Shown here piece after piece: positions 37,173 through 53,200 of a DNA stretch of 64,000 nt. Every line of letters begins with the position of its first letter. The first letter of the stretch is position 1. The position numbers and the translations under genes are program-made. Origin of the DNA: Macrostomum lignano (taxonomy: Eukaryota); assembly GCA_002269645.1 (NCBI GenBank), contig NIVC01002420.1, positions 62,001 to 126,000 on the forward strand. The letters run 5' to 3'. Below the pieces are notes generated by a model. That model was not told the origin of the DNA. It saw only the letters and a program-made list of their open reading frames with translations, and made no database searches.

Positions 37173-37413
37173 ATGCTGACAATCTAATCTGCTAAAAGTA
37201 TGTACCTCCTTGTCGTCTGGCTGTCTGCCTCTCTGTCTACATGCGCTGGCATCCGTGCGTGTGTCAGACTGCTAGAGGTTGTTGAATGACCTACTTATAG
37301 GTAGGTATGCACAGGTATATTAGATTTGCACTAACTGGTTAACCTAATTATCTGAATATGTTTGACACGTGTTAATTTCAATGCCAATTAAAATATCTGG
37401 GGCCACTTTCAAA

Positions 37414-38195
<782 letters not shown>

Positions 38196-38202
38196 GTGTT
38201 CT

Positions 38203-41200
38203 ACTGTCTGTGTGTTTACGTGGACTTTTTGGAAGTTCAGTAGCCTCGTTAGCTGGACCACCCGGTGTAGGTAGACCACTTAGGTGGACCACCAAATAAT
38301 TTTGTCTCTGGTGGGGTTAAGACGTTGATGAGGATCTCACATTAATATCAGGCGGGTCAAGAAAGGCTTAAGCAATTTTGGGATGTCTAGCATGGTTTTT
38401 TCCAAAGTTATTTGCATTTCAGTTTAGCTGGACCTCCAGCCTGGTCTACCTAAACCGAGCGAGTCTGGTCCACGTAAACCGAAAAATTTTAGAAAATTTT
38501 TTGAAAATCGTCTGTTTGTGTCTGTTTGTGTCTGTTTGTGTATAGCAGTTATTAAGCATAGATTCAATGCAAAACTGAATTTTTTACAGATCATTACCTT
38601 ACGAACAAAGGGCTATGTTAGCATCATATTATGACCGCTACTGGCTTTAAAACAATATGCGTTCAGTTCTTTGACATTCAAGTAGGTACGCAGGTTAATT
38701 TAAAATTCTGAAACCTCGTATGCGAAATGAATTTAATTAGCTCAGTTCCAGCAATTTCGGTATCGTACTCTGAGCACAGACTCACAGAGTAAGACACCAA
38801 CGTAAAGAAATCCAATTCGCGAACCAGATCAAACGATAAAGACTCCGAGACAAGAAAGATATTTAAGTGAAGCTTAAACAGTATTCTTCAATGACTTCTC
38901 AAGAACTCCCAGTGGTCCTTGATAGCCACACTGTGTAAATGCGAATTTCTGAGGCTCTACCATTACACAAGAAGAAAATAGCAACTTCATGAATTAAGTG
39001 CTTGCCAATTCTATACTAAACACTATGGGATATCCTGTTCTATCCTCCTCCAATGTTGGAAGAAGAAGATCCTAAGCTGCAGCCTTTCAAGTGCAAAGTT
39101 GAAGATGCAATTTACCTAAGTGAAAAGGACAATTCATACACGTACATGCAAAAGATTTGATCAACAGGGCGCAATTAAGAAGGGCCTTTTAGCTAGCGAT
39201 CGGGTCTCTGACTCTCTAGCAAAAGGTCGACTTGATTGCGGTCCCAGTAAAACTAAGAACGCATTAACAGTCAGCCTAACACTCACTGTCTGTTTGGTCC
39301 TCGTAAACACATGTGCAGGAGTAGAGGGTTGGAACAGACAGACAGACAGACCTCCCTTTCTATAATTGGCTGGTTAACACTTAGGAGGATAGATCCACCC
39401 CAACAATGGGACCGACCGCAGCCAATAGGAAACCCGCAAGCGTTCTGAAGGTAAGACAGTGGAGAGAGGGATATATAATGTCTAAGCGGGTGGTCCACGT
39501 AAACCATGGCGTAGTGAGACCAGACACAGACAGTTTAAAAGAAAGTACTTATAATCCATACTATACATCTCTAAAGGATTGCAATTGTATAAATTAGAAC
39601 GGTTTTTTATACTTATTAGGTCTAATGTTAATCCTTACTCCAAGTTTCATCCATATATAAATTTATTGTGCCAAAAACTGTAATCTACAACCAAGATATG
39701 ATGACCCGCAAAAAAGGACGCCAAGCCTAAAATAAAAACTTAAAAACACCGTCGCAAAAAGCCACTGCGAAATCGAAGAAGCCGCATCGCCTGGTAAAAA
39801 TCATCAGTCTGCTCGCAAATCCGTCGACACCGAGACCAGAAAAGTGAGTTTCGTTTGATGATCTCAAAGTAGCTAGCTGCAAGGCCTGCAACTCAATTGC
39901 TGTAGAGAAGCTGGTCCACCTAACCTACAGACACAACTGAAGCAGCTCTCTCAGTCTGTTTGAGGCTTTGGCTCTCAGAAGGTGGTCCACCTAACCTACA
40001 GACACAACTCGAACAGATTTCTCTGTCTGTTTAGGGCTCTGGCTCTCAGAGCCGCCGAGAAAGTTTAGTGCCGAGAATGCTTCAGTTTGTTAGAATGCAA
40101 TCAGAACAGATTCCTAGAAAGTGAGCTAGTCCAGCATCAAGGCAGAACATCTGGATGTGTAACGAGAGGCTTTTGGAGATTCCTGGCTCAGATTATCGCC
40201 TAGAAGTGCTGTGGAGTAGCTGGTCCACCTAACCTACAGACACAACTCGAACAGATTTCTCTGTCTGTTTAGGGCTCTGGCTCTCAGAAGGTGGTCCACA
40301 TAACCTACAGACACAACTCGAACAGATTTCTCTGTCTGTTTGAAGCTCTGGCTCTCAGAAGGTGGTCCACATAACCTACAGACACAACTCGAACAGATTT
40401 CTCTGTCTGTTTAGGGCTCTGGCTCTCAGAGCCGCCGAGAAAGTTTAGTGCCGAGAATGCTTCAGTTTGTTAGAATGCAATCAGAACAGATTCCTAGAAA
40501 GTGAGCTAGTCCAGCATCAAGGCAGAACATCTGGATGTGTAACGAGAGGCTCTCGGAGATTCCTGGCTCAGATTATCGCCTAGAAGTGCTGTGGAGTAGC
40601 TGGTCCACCTAACCTACAGACACAACTCGAACAGATTTCTCTGTCTGTTTGAGGCTCTGGCTCTTAGGTGGTCCACATAACCTACAGACACAACTGAAGC
40701 AGCTCTCTCAGTCTGTTTGAGGCTTTGGCTCTCAGAAGGTGGTCCACCTAACCTACAGACACAACTCGAACAGATTTCTCTGTCTGTTTAGGCTCTGGCT
40801 CTCAGAGCCGCCGAGAAAGTTTAGTGCCGAGAATGCTTCAGTTTGTTAGAATGCAATCAGAACAGATTCTTAGAAAGTGAGCTAGTCCAGCATCAAGGCA
40901 GAACATCTGGATGTGTAACGAGAGGCTCTCGGAGATTCCTGGCTCAGATTATCGCCTAGAAGTGCTGTGGAGTAGCTGGTCCACCTAACCTACAGACACA
41001 ACTCGAACAGATTTCTCTGTCTGTTTGAGGCTCTGGCTCTTAGGTGGTCCACATAACCTACAGACACAACTGAAGCAGCTCTCTCAGTCTGTTTGAGGCT
41101 TTGGCTCTCAGAAGGTGGTCCACATAACCTACAGACACAACTCGAACAGATTTCTCTGTCTGTTTAGGGCTCTGGCTCTCAGAGCCGCCGAGAAAGTTTA

Positions 41201-44200
41201 GTGCGAGAATGCTTCAGTTTGTTAGAATGCAATCAGAACAGATTCCTAGAAAGTGAGCTAGTCCAGCATCAAGGCAGAACATCTGGATGTGTAACGAGAG
41301 GCTCTCGGAGATTCCTGGCTCAGATTATCGCCTAGAAGTGCTGTGGAGTAGCTGGTCCACCTAACCTACAGACACAACTCGAACAGATTTCTCTGTCTGT
41401 TTGAGGCTCTGGCTCTTAGGTGGTCCACATAACCTACAGACACAACTGAAGCAGCTCTCTCAGTCTGTTTGAGGCTTTGGCTCTCAGAAGGTGGTCCACC
41501 TAACCTACAGACACAACTCGAACAGATTTCTCTGTCTGTTTAGGCTCTGGCTCTCAGAGCCGCCGAGAAAGTTTAGTGCCGAGAATGCTTCAGTTTGTTA
41601 GAATGCAATCAGAACAGATTCTTAGAAAGTGAGCTAGTCCAGCATCAAGGCAGAACATCTGGATGTGTAACGAGAGGCTCTCGGAGATTCCTGGCTCAGA
41701 TTATCGCCTAGAAGTGCTGTGGAGTAGCTGGTCCACCTAACCTACAGACACAACTCGAACAGATTTCTCTGTCTGTTTGAGGCTCTGGCTCTTAGGTGGT
41801 CCACATAACCTACAGACACAACTGAAGCAGCTCTCTCAGTCTGTTTGAGGCTTTGGCTCTCAGAAGGTGGTCCACATAACCTACAGACACAACTCGAACA
41901 GATTTCTCTGTCTGTTTAGGCTCTGGCTCTCAGAGCCGCCGAGAAAGTTTAGTGCAGAAAATGCTTCAGTTTGTTAGAATGCAATCAGAACAGATTCCTA
42001 GAAAGTGAGCTAGTCCAGCATCAAGGCAGAACATCTGGATGTGTAACGAAAGTCTCTTGGAGACTCCTGGCTCAGATTATCGCCTAGAAGTGCTGTGGAG
42101 TAGCTGGTCCACCTAACCTACAGACACAACTCGAACAGATTTCTCTGTCTGTTTAGGGCTCTGGCTCTCAGAGCCGCCGAGAAAGTTTAGTGCGAGAATG
42201 CTTCAGTTTGTTAGAATGCAATCAGAACAGATTCCTAGAAAGTGAGCTAGTCCAGCATCAAGGCAGAACATCTGGATGTGTAACGAGAGGCTTTTGGAGA
42301 TTCCTGGCTCAGATTATCGCCTAGAAGTGCTGTGGAGTAGCTGGTCCACCTAACCTACAGACACAACTCGAACAGATTTCTCTGTCTGTTTAGGGCTCTG
42401 GCTCTCAGAAGGTGGTCCACATAACCTACAGACACAACTCGAACAGATTTCTCTGTCTGTTTGAAGCTCTGGCTCTCAGAAGGTGGTCCACATAACCTAC
42501 AGACACAACTCGAACAGATTTCTCTGTCTGTTTAGGGCTCTGGCTCTCAGAGCCGCCGAGAAAGTTTAGTGCCGAGAATGCTTCAGTTTGTTAGAATGCA
42601 ATCAGAACAGATTCCTAGAAAGTGAGCTAGTCCAGCATCAAGGCAGAACATCTGGATGTGTAACGAGAGGCTCTCGGAGATTCCTGGCTCAGATTATCGC
42701 CTAGAAGTGCTGTGGAGTAGCTGGTCCACCTAACCTACAGACACAACTCGAACAGATTTCTCTGTCTGTTTGAGGCTCTGGCTCTTAGGTGGTCCACATA
42801 ACCTACAGACACAACTGAAGCAGCTCTCTCAGTCTGTTTGAGGCTTTGGCTCTCAGAAGGTGGTCCACCTAACCTACAGACACAACTCGAACAGATTTCT
42901 CTGTCTGTTTAGGCTCTGGCTCTCAGAGCCGCCGAGAAAGTTTAGTGCCGAGAATGCTTCAGTTTGTTAGAATGCAATCAGAACAGATTCTTAGAAAGTG
43001 AGCTAGTCCAGCATCAAGGCAGAACATCTGGATGTGTAACGAGAGGCTCTCGGAGATTCCTGGCTCAGATTATCGCCTAGAAGTGCTGTGGAGTAGCTGG
43101 TCCACCTAACCTACAGACACAACTCGAACAGATTTCTCTGTCTGTTTGAGGCTCTGGCTCTTAGGTGGTCCACATAACCTACAGACACAACTGAAGCAGC
43201 TCTCTCAGTCTGTTTGAGGCTTTGGCTCTCAGAAGGTGGTCCACATAACCTACAGACACAACTCGAACAGATTTCTCTGTCTGTTTAGGGCTCTGGCTCT
43301 CAGAGCCGCCGAGAAAGTTTAGTGCCGAGAATGCTTCAGTTTGTTAGAATGCAATCAGAACAGATTCCTAGAAAGTGAGCTAGTCCAGCATCAAGGCAGA
43401 ACATCTGGATGTGTAACGAGAGGCTCTCGGAGATTCCTGGCTCAGATTATCGCCTAGAAGTGCTGTGGAGTAGCTGGTCCACCTAACCTACAGACACAAC
43501 TCGAACAGATTTCTCTGTCTGTTTGAGGCTCTGGCTCTTAGGTGGTCCACATAACCTACAGACACAACTGAAGCAGCTCTCTCAGTCTGTTTGAGGCTTT
43601 GGCTCTCAGAAGGTGGTCCACCTAACCTACAGACACAACTCGAACAGATTTCTCTGTCTGTTTAGGCTCTGGCTCTCAGAGCCGCCGAGAAAGTTTAGTG
43701 CCGAGAATGCTTCAGTTTGTTAGAATGCAATCAGAACAGATTCTTAGAAAGTGAGCTAGTCCAGCATCAAGGCAGAACATCTGGATGTGTAACGAGAGGC
43801 TCTCGGAGATTCCTGGCTCAGATTATCGCCTAGAAGTGCTGTGGAGTAGCTGGTCCACCTAACCTACAGACACAACTCGAACAGATTTCTCTGTCTGTTT
43901 TGAGGCTCTGGCTCTTAGGTGGTCCACATAACCTACAGACACAACTGAAGCAGCTCTCTCAGTCTGTTTGAGGCTTTGGCTCTCAGAAGGTGGTCCACAT
44001 AACCTACAGACACAACTCGAACAGATTTCTCTGTCTGTTTAGGCTCTGGCTCTCAGAGCCGCCGAGAAAGTTTAGTGCAGAAAATGCTTCAGTTTGTTAG
44101 AATGCAATCAGAACAGATTCCTAGAAAGTGAGCTAGTCCAGCATCAAGGCAGAACATCTGGATGTGTAACGAAAGTCTCTTGGAGACTCCTGGCTCAGAT

Positions 44201-47200
44201 TATCGCCTAGAAGTGCTGTGGAGTAGCTGGTCCACCTAACCTACAGACACAACTCGAACAGATTTCTCTGTCTGTTTAGGGCTCTGGCTCTCAGAGCCGC
44301 CGAGAAAGTTTAGTGCCGAGAATGCTTCAGTTTGTTAGAATGCAATCAGAACAGATTCCTAGAAAGTGAGCTAGTCCAGCATCAAGGCAGAACATCTGGA
44401 TGTGTAACGAAAGTCTCTTGGAGACTCCTGGCTCAGATTATCGCCTAGAAGTGCTGTGGAGTAGCTGGTCCACCTAACCTACAGACACAACTCGAACAGA
44501 TTTCTCTGTCTGTTTAGGGCTCTGGCTCTCAGAGCCGCCGAGAAAGTTTAGTGCCGAGAATGCTTCAGTTTGTTAGAATGCAATCAGAACAGATTCCTAG
44601 AAAGTGAGCTAGTCCAGCATCAAGGCAGAACATCTGGATGTGTAACGAGAGGCTCTCGAAGATTCCTGGCTCAGATTATCGCCTAGAAGTGCTGTGGAGT
44701 AGCTGGTCCACCTAACCTACAGACACAACTCGAACAGATTTCTCTGTCTGTTTAGGGCTCTGGCTCTCAGAGCCGCCGAGAAAGTTTAGTGCCGAGAATG
44801 CTTCAGTTTGTTAGAATGCAATCAGAACAGATTCCTAGAAAGTGAGCTAGTCCAGCATCAAGGCAGAACATCTGGATGTGTAACGAGAGGCTTTTGGAGA
44901 TTCCTGGCTCAGATTATCGCCTAGAAGTGCTGTGGAGTAGCTGGTCCACCTAACCTACAGACACAACTCGAACAGATTTCTCTGTCTGTTTGAGGCTCTG
45001 GCTCTTAGGTGGTCCACATAACCTACAGACACAACTGAAGCAGCTCTCTCAGTCTGTTTGAGGCTTTGGCTCTCAGAAGGTGGTCCACATAACCTACAGA
45101 CACAACTCGAACAGATTTCTCTGTCTGTTTAGGCTCTGGCTCTCAGAGCCGCCGAGAAAGTTTAGTGCAGAAAATGCTTCAGTTTGTTAGAATGCAATCA
45201 GAACAGATTCCTAGAAAGTGAGCTAGTCCAGCATCAAGGCAGAACATCTGGATGTGTAACGAAAGTCTCTTGGAGACTCCTGGCTCAGATTATCGCCTAG
45301 AAGTGCTGTGGAGTAGCTGGTCCACCTAACCTACAGACACAACTCGAACAGATTTCTCTGTCTGTTTGAGGCTCTGGCTCTTAGGTGGTCCACATAACCT
45401 ACAGACACAACTGAAGCAGCTCTCTCAGTCTGTTTGAGGCTTTGGCTCTCAGAAGGTGGTCCACATAACCTACAGACACAACTCGAACAGATTTCTCTGT
45501 CTGTTTAGGCTCTGGCTCTCAGAGCCGCCGAGAAAGTTTAGTGCAGAAAATGCTTCAGTTTGTTAGAATGCAATCAGAACAGATTCCTAGAAAGTGAGCT
45601 AGTCCAGCATCAAGGCAGAACATCTGGATGTGTAACGAAAGTCTCTTGGAGACTCCTGGCTCAGATTATCGCCTAGAAGTGCTGTGGAGTAGCTGGTCCA
45701 CCTAACCTACAGACACAACTCGAACAGATTTCTCTGTCTGTTTAGGGCTCTGGCTCTCAGAGCCGCCGAGAAAGTTTAGTGCCGAGAATGCTTCAGTTTG
45801 TTAGAATGCAATCAGAACAGATTCCTAGAAAGTGAGCTAGTCCAGCATCAAGGCAGAACATCTGGATGTGTAACGAGAGGCTCTCGAAGATTCCTGGCTC
45901 AGATTATCGCCTAGAAGTGCTGTGGAGTAGCTGGTCCACCTAACCTACAGACACAACTCGAACAGATTTCTCTGTCTGTTTGAGGCTCTGGCTCTTAGGT
46001 GGTCCACATAACCTACAGACACAACTGAAGCAGCTCTCTCAGTCTGTTTGAGGCTTTGGCTCTCAGAAGGTGGTCCACCTAACCTACAGACACAACTCGA
46101 ACAGATTTCTCTGTCTGTTTAGGCTCTGGCTCTCAGAGCCGCCGAGAAAGTTTAGTGCCGAGAATGCTTCAGTTTGTTAGAATGCAATCAGAACAGATTC
46201 TTAGAAAGTGAGCTAGTCCAGCATCAAGGCAGAACATCTGGATGTGTAACGAGAGGCTCTCGAAGATTCCTGGCTCAGATTATCGCCTAGAAGTGCTGTG
46301 GAGTAGCTGGTCCACCTAACCTACAGACACAACTCGAACAGATTTCTCTGTCTGTTTGAGGCTCTGGCTCTTAGGTGGTCCACATAACCTACAGACACAA
46401 CTGAAGCAGCTCTCTCAGTCTGTTTGAGGCTTTGGCTCTCAGAAGGTGGTCCACATAACCTACAGACACAACTCGAACAGATTTCTCTGTCTGTTTAGGC
46501 TCTGGCTCTCAGAGCCGCCGAGAAAGTTTAGTGCAGAAAATGCTTCAGTTTGTTAGAATGCAATCAGAACAGATTCCTAGAAAGTGAGCTAGTCCAGCAT
46601 CAAGGCAGAACATCTGGATGTGTAACGAAAGTCTCTTGGAGACTCCTGGCTCAGATTATCGCCTAGAAGTGCTGTGGAGTAGCTGGTCCACCTAACCTAC
46701 AGACACAACTCGAACAGATTTCTCTGTCTGTTTAGGGCTCTGGCTCTCAGAGCCGCCGAGAAAGTTTAGTGCCGAGAATGCTTCAGTTTGTTAAAATGCA
46801 ATCAGAACAGATTCCTAGAAAGTGAGCTAGTCCAGCATCAAGGCAGAACATCTGGATGTGTAACGAAAGTCTCTTGGAGACTCCTGGCTCAGATTATCGC
46901 CTAGAAGTGCTGTGGAGTAGCTGGTCCACCTAACCTACAGACACAACTCGAACAGATTTCTCTGTCTGTTTGAGGCTCTGGCTCTCAGAGCCGCCGAGAA
47001 AGTTTAGTGCCGAGAATGCTTCAGTTTGTTAGAATACAATCAGAACAGATTCCTAGAAAGTGAGCTAGTCCAGCATCAAGGCAGAACATCTGGATGTGTA
47101 ACGAGAGGCTCTCGAAGATTCCTGGCTCAGATTATCGCCTAGAAGTGCTGTGGAGTAGCTGGTCCACCTAACCTACAGACACAACTCGAACAGATTTCTC

Positions 47201-50200
47201 TGTCTGTTTAGGCTCTGGCTCTCAGAGCCGCCGAGAAAGTTTAGTGCAGAAAATGCTTCAGTTTGTTAGAATGCAATCAGAACAGATTCCTAGAAAGTGA
47301 GCTAGTCCAGCATCAAGGCAGAACATCTGGATGTGTAACGAGAGGCTCTCGAAGATTCCTGGCTCAGATTATCGCCTAGAAGTGCTGTGGAGTAGCTGGT
47401 CCACCTAACCTACAGACACAACTCGAACAGATTTCTCTGTCTGTTTAGGGCTCTGGCTCTCAGAGCCGCCGAGAAAGTTTAGTGCCGAGAATGCTTCAGT
47501 TTGTTAGAATGCAATCAGAACAGATTCCTAGAAAGTGAGCTAGTCCAGCATCAAGGCAGAACATCTGGATGTGTAACGAGAGGCTCTCGAAGATTCCTGG
47601 CTCAGATTATCGCCTAGAAGTGCTGTGGAGTAGCTGGTCCACCTAACCTACAGACACAACTCGAACAGATTTCTCTGTCTGTTTGAGGCTCTGGCTCTTA
47701 GGTGGTCCACATAACCTACAGACACAACTGAAGCAGCTCTCTCAGTCTGTTTGAGGCTTTGGCTCTCAGAAGGTGGTCCACATAACCTACAGACACAACT
47801 CGAACAGATTTCTCTGTCTGTTTAGGCTCTGGCTCTCAGAGCCGCCGAGAAAGTTTAGTGCCGAGAATGCTTCAGTTTGTTAGAATGCAATCAGAACAGA
47901 TTCTTAGAAAGTGAGCTAGTCCAGCATCAAGGCAGAACATCTGGATGTGTAACGAGAGGCTCTCGAGATTCCTGGCTCAGATTATCGCCTAGAAGTGCTG
48001 TGGAGTAGCTGGTCCACCTAACCTACAGACACAACTCGAACAGATTTCTCTGTCTGTTTGAGGCTCTGGCTCTCAGAGCCGCCGAGAAAGTTTAGTGCCG
48101 AGAATGCTTCAGTTTGTTAGAATACAATCAGAACAGATTCCTAGAAAGTGAGCTAGTCCAGCATCAAGGCAGAACATCTGGATGTGTAACGAGAGGCTCT
48201 CGAAGATTCCTGGCTCAGATTATCGCCTAGAAGTGCTGTGGAGTAGCTGGTCCACCTAACCTACAGACACAACTCGAACAGATTTCTCTGTCTGTTTAGG
48301 GCTCTGGCTCTCAGAAGGTGGTCCACATAACCTACAGACACAACTCGAACAGATTTCTCTGTCTGTTTGAAGCTCTGGCTCTCAGAAGGTGGTCCACATA
48401 ACCTACAGACACAACTCGAACAGATTTCTCTGTCTGTTTGAGGCTCTGGCTCTCAGAGCCGCCGAGAAAGTTTAGTGCCGAGAATGCTTCAGTTTGTTAG
48501 AATGCAATCAGAACAGATTCCTAGAAAGTGAGCTAGTCCAGCATCAAGGCAGAACATCTGGATGTGTAACGAGAGGCTTTTGGAGATTCCTGGCTCAGAT
48601 TATCGCCTAGAAGTGCTGTGGAGTAGCTGGTCCACCTAACCTACAGACACAACTCGAACAGATTTCTCTGTCTGTTTGAGGCTCTGGCTCTTAGGTGGTC
48701 CACATAACCTACAGACACAACTGAAGCAGCTCTCTCAGTCTGTTTGAGGCTTTGGCTCTCAGAAGGTGGTCCACCTAACCTACAGACACAACTCGAACAG
48801 ATTTCTCTGTCTGTTTAGGCTCTGGCTCTCAGAGCCGCCGAGAAAGTTTAGTGCCGAGAATGCTTCAGTTTGTTAGAATGCAATCAGAACAGATTCTTAG
48901 AAAGTGAGCTAGTCCAGCATCAAGGCAGAACATCTGGATGTGTAACGAGAGGCTCTCGGAGATTCCTGGCTCAGATTATCGCCTAGAAGTGCTGTGGAGT
49001 AGCTGGTCCACCTAACCTACAGACACAACTCGAACAGATTTCTCTGTCTGTTTGAGGCTCTGGCTCTTAGGTGGTCCACATAACCTACAGACACAACTGA
49101 AGCAGCTCTCTCAGTCTGTTTGAGGCTTTGGCTCTCAGAAGGTGGTCCACATAACCTACAGACACAACTCGAACAGATTTCTCTGTCTGTTTAGGCTCTG
49201 GCTCTCAGAGCCGCCGAGAAAGTTTAGTGCAGAAAATGCTTCAGTTTGTTAGAATGCAATCAGAACAGATTCCTAGAAAGTGAGCTAGTCCAGCATCAAG
49301 GCAGAACATCTGGATGTGTAACGAAAGTCTCTTGGAGACTCCTGGCTCAGATTATCGCCTAGAAGTGCTGTGGAGTAGCTGGTCCACCTAACCTACAGAC
49401 ACAACTCGAACAGATTTCTCTGTCTGTTTAGGGCTCTGGCTCTCAGAGCCGCCGAGAAAGTTTAGTGCCGAGAATGCTTCAGTTTGTTAAAATGCAATCA
49501 GAACAGATTCCTAGAAAGTGAGCTAGTCCAGCATCAAGGCAGAACATCTGGATGTGTAACGAAAGTCTCTTGGAGACTCCTGGCTCAGATTATCGCCTAG
49601 AAGTGCTGTGGAGTAGCTGGTCCACCTAACCTACAGACACAACTCGAACAGATTTCTCTGTCTGTTTGAGGCTCTGGCTCTCAGAGCCGCCGAGAAAGTT
49701 TAGTGCCGAGAATGCTTCAGTTTGTTAGAATACAATCAGAACAGATTCCTAGAAAGTGAGCTAGTCCAGCATCAAGGCAGAACATCTGGATGTGTAACGA
49801 GAGGCTCTCGAAGATTCCTGGCTCAGATTATCGCCTAGAAGTGCTGTGGAGTAGCTGGTCCACCTAACCTACAGACACAACTCGAACAGATTTCTCTGTC
49901 TGTTTAGGCTCTGGCTCTCAGAGCCGCCGAGAAAGTTTAGTGCAGAAAATGCTTCAGTTTGTTAGAATGCAATCAGAACAGATTCCTAGAAAGTGAGCTA
50001 GTCCAGCATCAAGGCAGAACATCTGGATGTGTAACGAGAGGCTCTCGAAGATTCCTGGCTCAGATTATCGCCTAGAAGTGCTGTGGAGTAGCTGGTCCAC
50101 CTAACCTACAGACACAACTCGAACAGATTTCTCTGTCTGTTTAGGGCTCTGGCTCTCAGAGCCGCCGAGAAAGTTTAGTGCCGAGAATGCTTCAGTTTGT

Positions 50201-53200
50201 TAGAATGCAATCAGAACAGATTCCTAGAAAGTGAGCTAGTCCAGCATCAAGGCAGAACATCTGGATGTGTAACGAGAGGCTCTCGAAGATTCCTGGCTCA
50301 GATTATCGCCTAGAAGTGCTGTGGAGTAGCTGGTCCACCTAACCTACAGACACAACTCGAACAGATTTCTCTGTCTGTTTGAGGCTCTGGCTCTTAGGTG
50401 GTCCACATAACCTACAGACACAACTGAAGCAGCTCTCTCAGTCTGTTTGAGGCTTTGGCTCTCAGAAGGTGGTCCACCTAACCTACAGACACAACTCGAA
50501 CAGATTTCTCTGTCTGTTTAGGCTCTGGCTCTCAGAGCCGCCGAGAAAGTTTAGTGCCGAGAATGCTTCAGTTTGTTAGAATGCAATCAGAACAGATTCT
50601 TAGAAAGTGAGCTAGTCCAGCATCAAGGCAGAACATCTGGATGTGTAACGAGAGGCTCTCGGAGATTCCTGGCTCAGATTATCGCCTAGAAGTGCTGTGG
50701 AGTAGCTGGTCCACCTAACCTACAGACACAACTCGAACAGATTTCTCTGTCTGTTTGAGGCTCTGGCTCTCAGAGCCGCCGAGAAAGTTTAGTGCCGAGA
50801 ATGCTTCAGTTTGTTAGAATACAATCAGAACAGATTCCTAGAAAGTGAGCTAGTCCAGCATCAAGGCAGAACATCTGGATGTGTAACGAGAGGCTCTCGA
50901 AGATTCCTGGCTCAGATTATCGCCTAGAAGTGCTGTGGAGTAGCTGGTCCACCTAACCTACAGACACAACTCGAACAGATTTCTCTGTCTGTTTAGGCTC
51001 TGGCTCTCAGAGCCGCCGAGAAAGTTTAGTGCAGAAAATGCTTCAGTTTGTTAGAATGCAATCAGAACAGATTCCTAGAAAGTGAGCTAGTCCAGCATCA
51101 AGGCAGAACATCTGGATGTGTAACGAAAGTCTCTTGGAGACTCCTGGCTCAGATTATCGCCTAGAAGTGCTGTGGAGTAGCTGGTCCACCTAACCTACAG
51201 ACACAACTCGAACAGATTTCTCTGTCTGTTTAGGGCTCTGGCTCTCAGAGCCGCCGAGAAAGTTTAGTGCCGAGAATGCTTCAGTTTGTTAGAATGCAAT
51301 CAGAACAGATTCCTAGAAAGTGAGCTAGTCCAGCATCAAGGCAGAACATCTGGATGTGTAACGAGAGGCTCTCGGAGATTCCTGGCTCAGATTATCGCCT
51401 AGAAGTGCTGTGGAGTAGCTGGTCCACCTAACCTACAGACACAACTCGAACAGATTTCTCTGTCTGTTTGAGGCTCTGGCTCTCAGAGCCGCCGAGAAAG
51501 TTTAGTGCCGAGAATGCTTCAGTTTGTTAGAATGCAATCAGAACAGATTCCTAGAAAGTGAGCTAGTCCAGCATCAAGGCAGAACATCTGGATGTGTAAC
51601 GAGAGGCTCTCGAAGATTCCTGGCTCAGATTATCGCCTAGAAGTGCTGTGGAGTAGCTGGTCCACCTAACCTACAGACACAACTCGAACAGATTTCTCTG
51701 TCTGTTTAGGCTCTGGCTCTCAGAGCCGCCGAGAAAGTTTAGTGCAGAAAATGCTTCAGTTTGTTAGAATGCAATCAGAACAGATTCCTAGAAAGTGAGC
51801 TAGTCCAGCATCAAGGCAGAACATCTGGATGTGTAACGAAAGTCTCTTGGAGACTCCTGGCTCAGATTATCGCCTAGAAGTGCTGTGGAGTAGCTGGTCC
51901 ACCTAACCTACAGACACAACTCGAACAGATTTCTCTGTCTGTTTAGGGCTCTGGCTCTCAGAGCCGCCGAGAAAGTTTAGTGCCGAGAATGCTTCAGTTT
52001 GTTAGAATGCAATCAGAACAGTTTCCTAGAAAGTGAGCTAGTCCAGCATCAAGGTAGAACATCTGGATGTGTAACGAGAGGCTCTCGGAGATTCCTGGCT
52101 CAGATTATCGCCTAGAAGTGCTGTGGAGTAGCTGGTCCACCTAACCTACAGACACAACTCGAACAGATTTCTCTGTCTGTTTAGGGCTCTGGCTCTCAGA
52201 GCCGCCGAGAAAGTTTAGTGCCGAGAATGCTTCAGTTTGTTAGAATGCAATCAGAACAGATTCCTAGAAAGTGAGCTAGTCCAGCATCAAGGCAGAACAT
52301 CTGGATGTGTAACGAGAGGCTTTTGGAGATTCCTGGCTCAGATTATCGCCTAGAAGTGCTGTGGAGTAGCTGGTCCACCTAACCTACAGACACAACTCGA
52401 ACAGATTTCTCTGTCTGTTTAGGGCTCTGGCTCTCAGAAGGTGGTCCACATAACCTACAGACACAACTCGAACAGATTTCTCTGTCTGTTTGAAGCTCTG
52501 GCTCTCAGAAGGTGGTCCACATAACCTACAGACACAACTCGAACAGATTTCTCTGTCTGTTTAGGGCTCTGGCTCTCAGAGCCGCCGAGAAAGTTTAGTG
52601 CCGAGAATGCTTCAGTTTGTTAGAATGCAATCAGAACAGATTCCTAGAAAGTGAGCTAGTCCAGCATCAAGGCAGAACATCTGGATGTGTAACGAGAGGC
52701 TCTCGGAGATTCCTGGCTCAGATTATCGCCTAGAAGTGCTGTGGAGTAGCTGGTCCACCTAACCTACAGACACAACTCGAACAGATTTCTCTGTCTGTTT
52801 AGGGCTCTGGCTCTCAGAGCCGCCGAGAAAGTTTAGTGCCGAGAATGCTTCAGTTTGTTAGAATACAATCAGAACAGATTCCTAGAAAGTGAGCTAGTCC
52901 AGCATCAAGGCAGAACATCTGGATGTGTAACGAGAGGCTCTCGAAGATTCCTGGCTCAGATTATCGCCTAGAAGTGCTGTGGAGTAGCTGGTCCACCTAA
53001 CCTACAGACACAACTCGAACAGATTTCTCTGTCTGTTTAGGCTCTGGCTCTCAGAGCCGCCGAGAAAGTTTAGTGCAGAAAATGCTTCAGTTTGTTAGAA
53101 TGCAATCAGAACAGATTCCTAGAAAGTGAGCTAGTCCAGCATCAAGGCAGAACATCTGGATGTGTAACGAAAGTCTCTTGGAGACTCCTGGCTCAGATTA

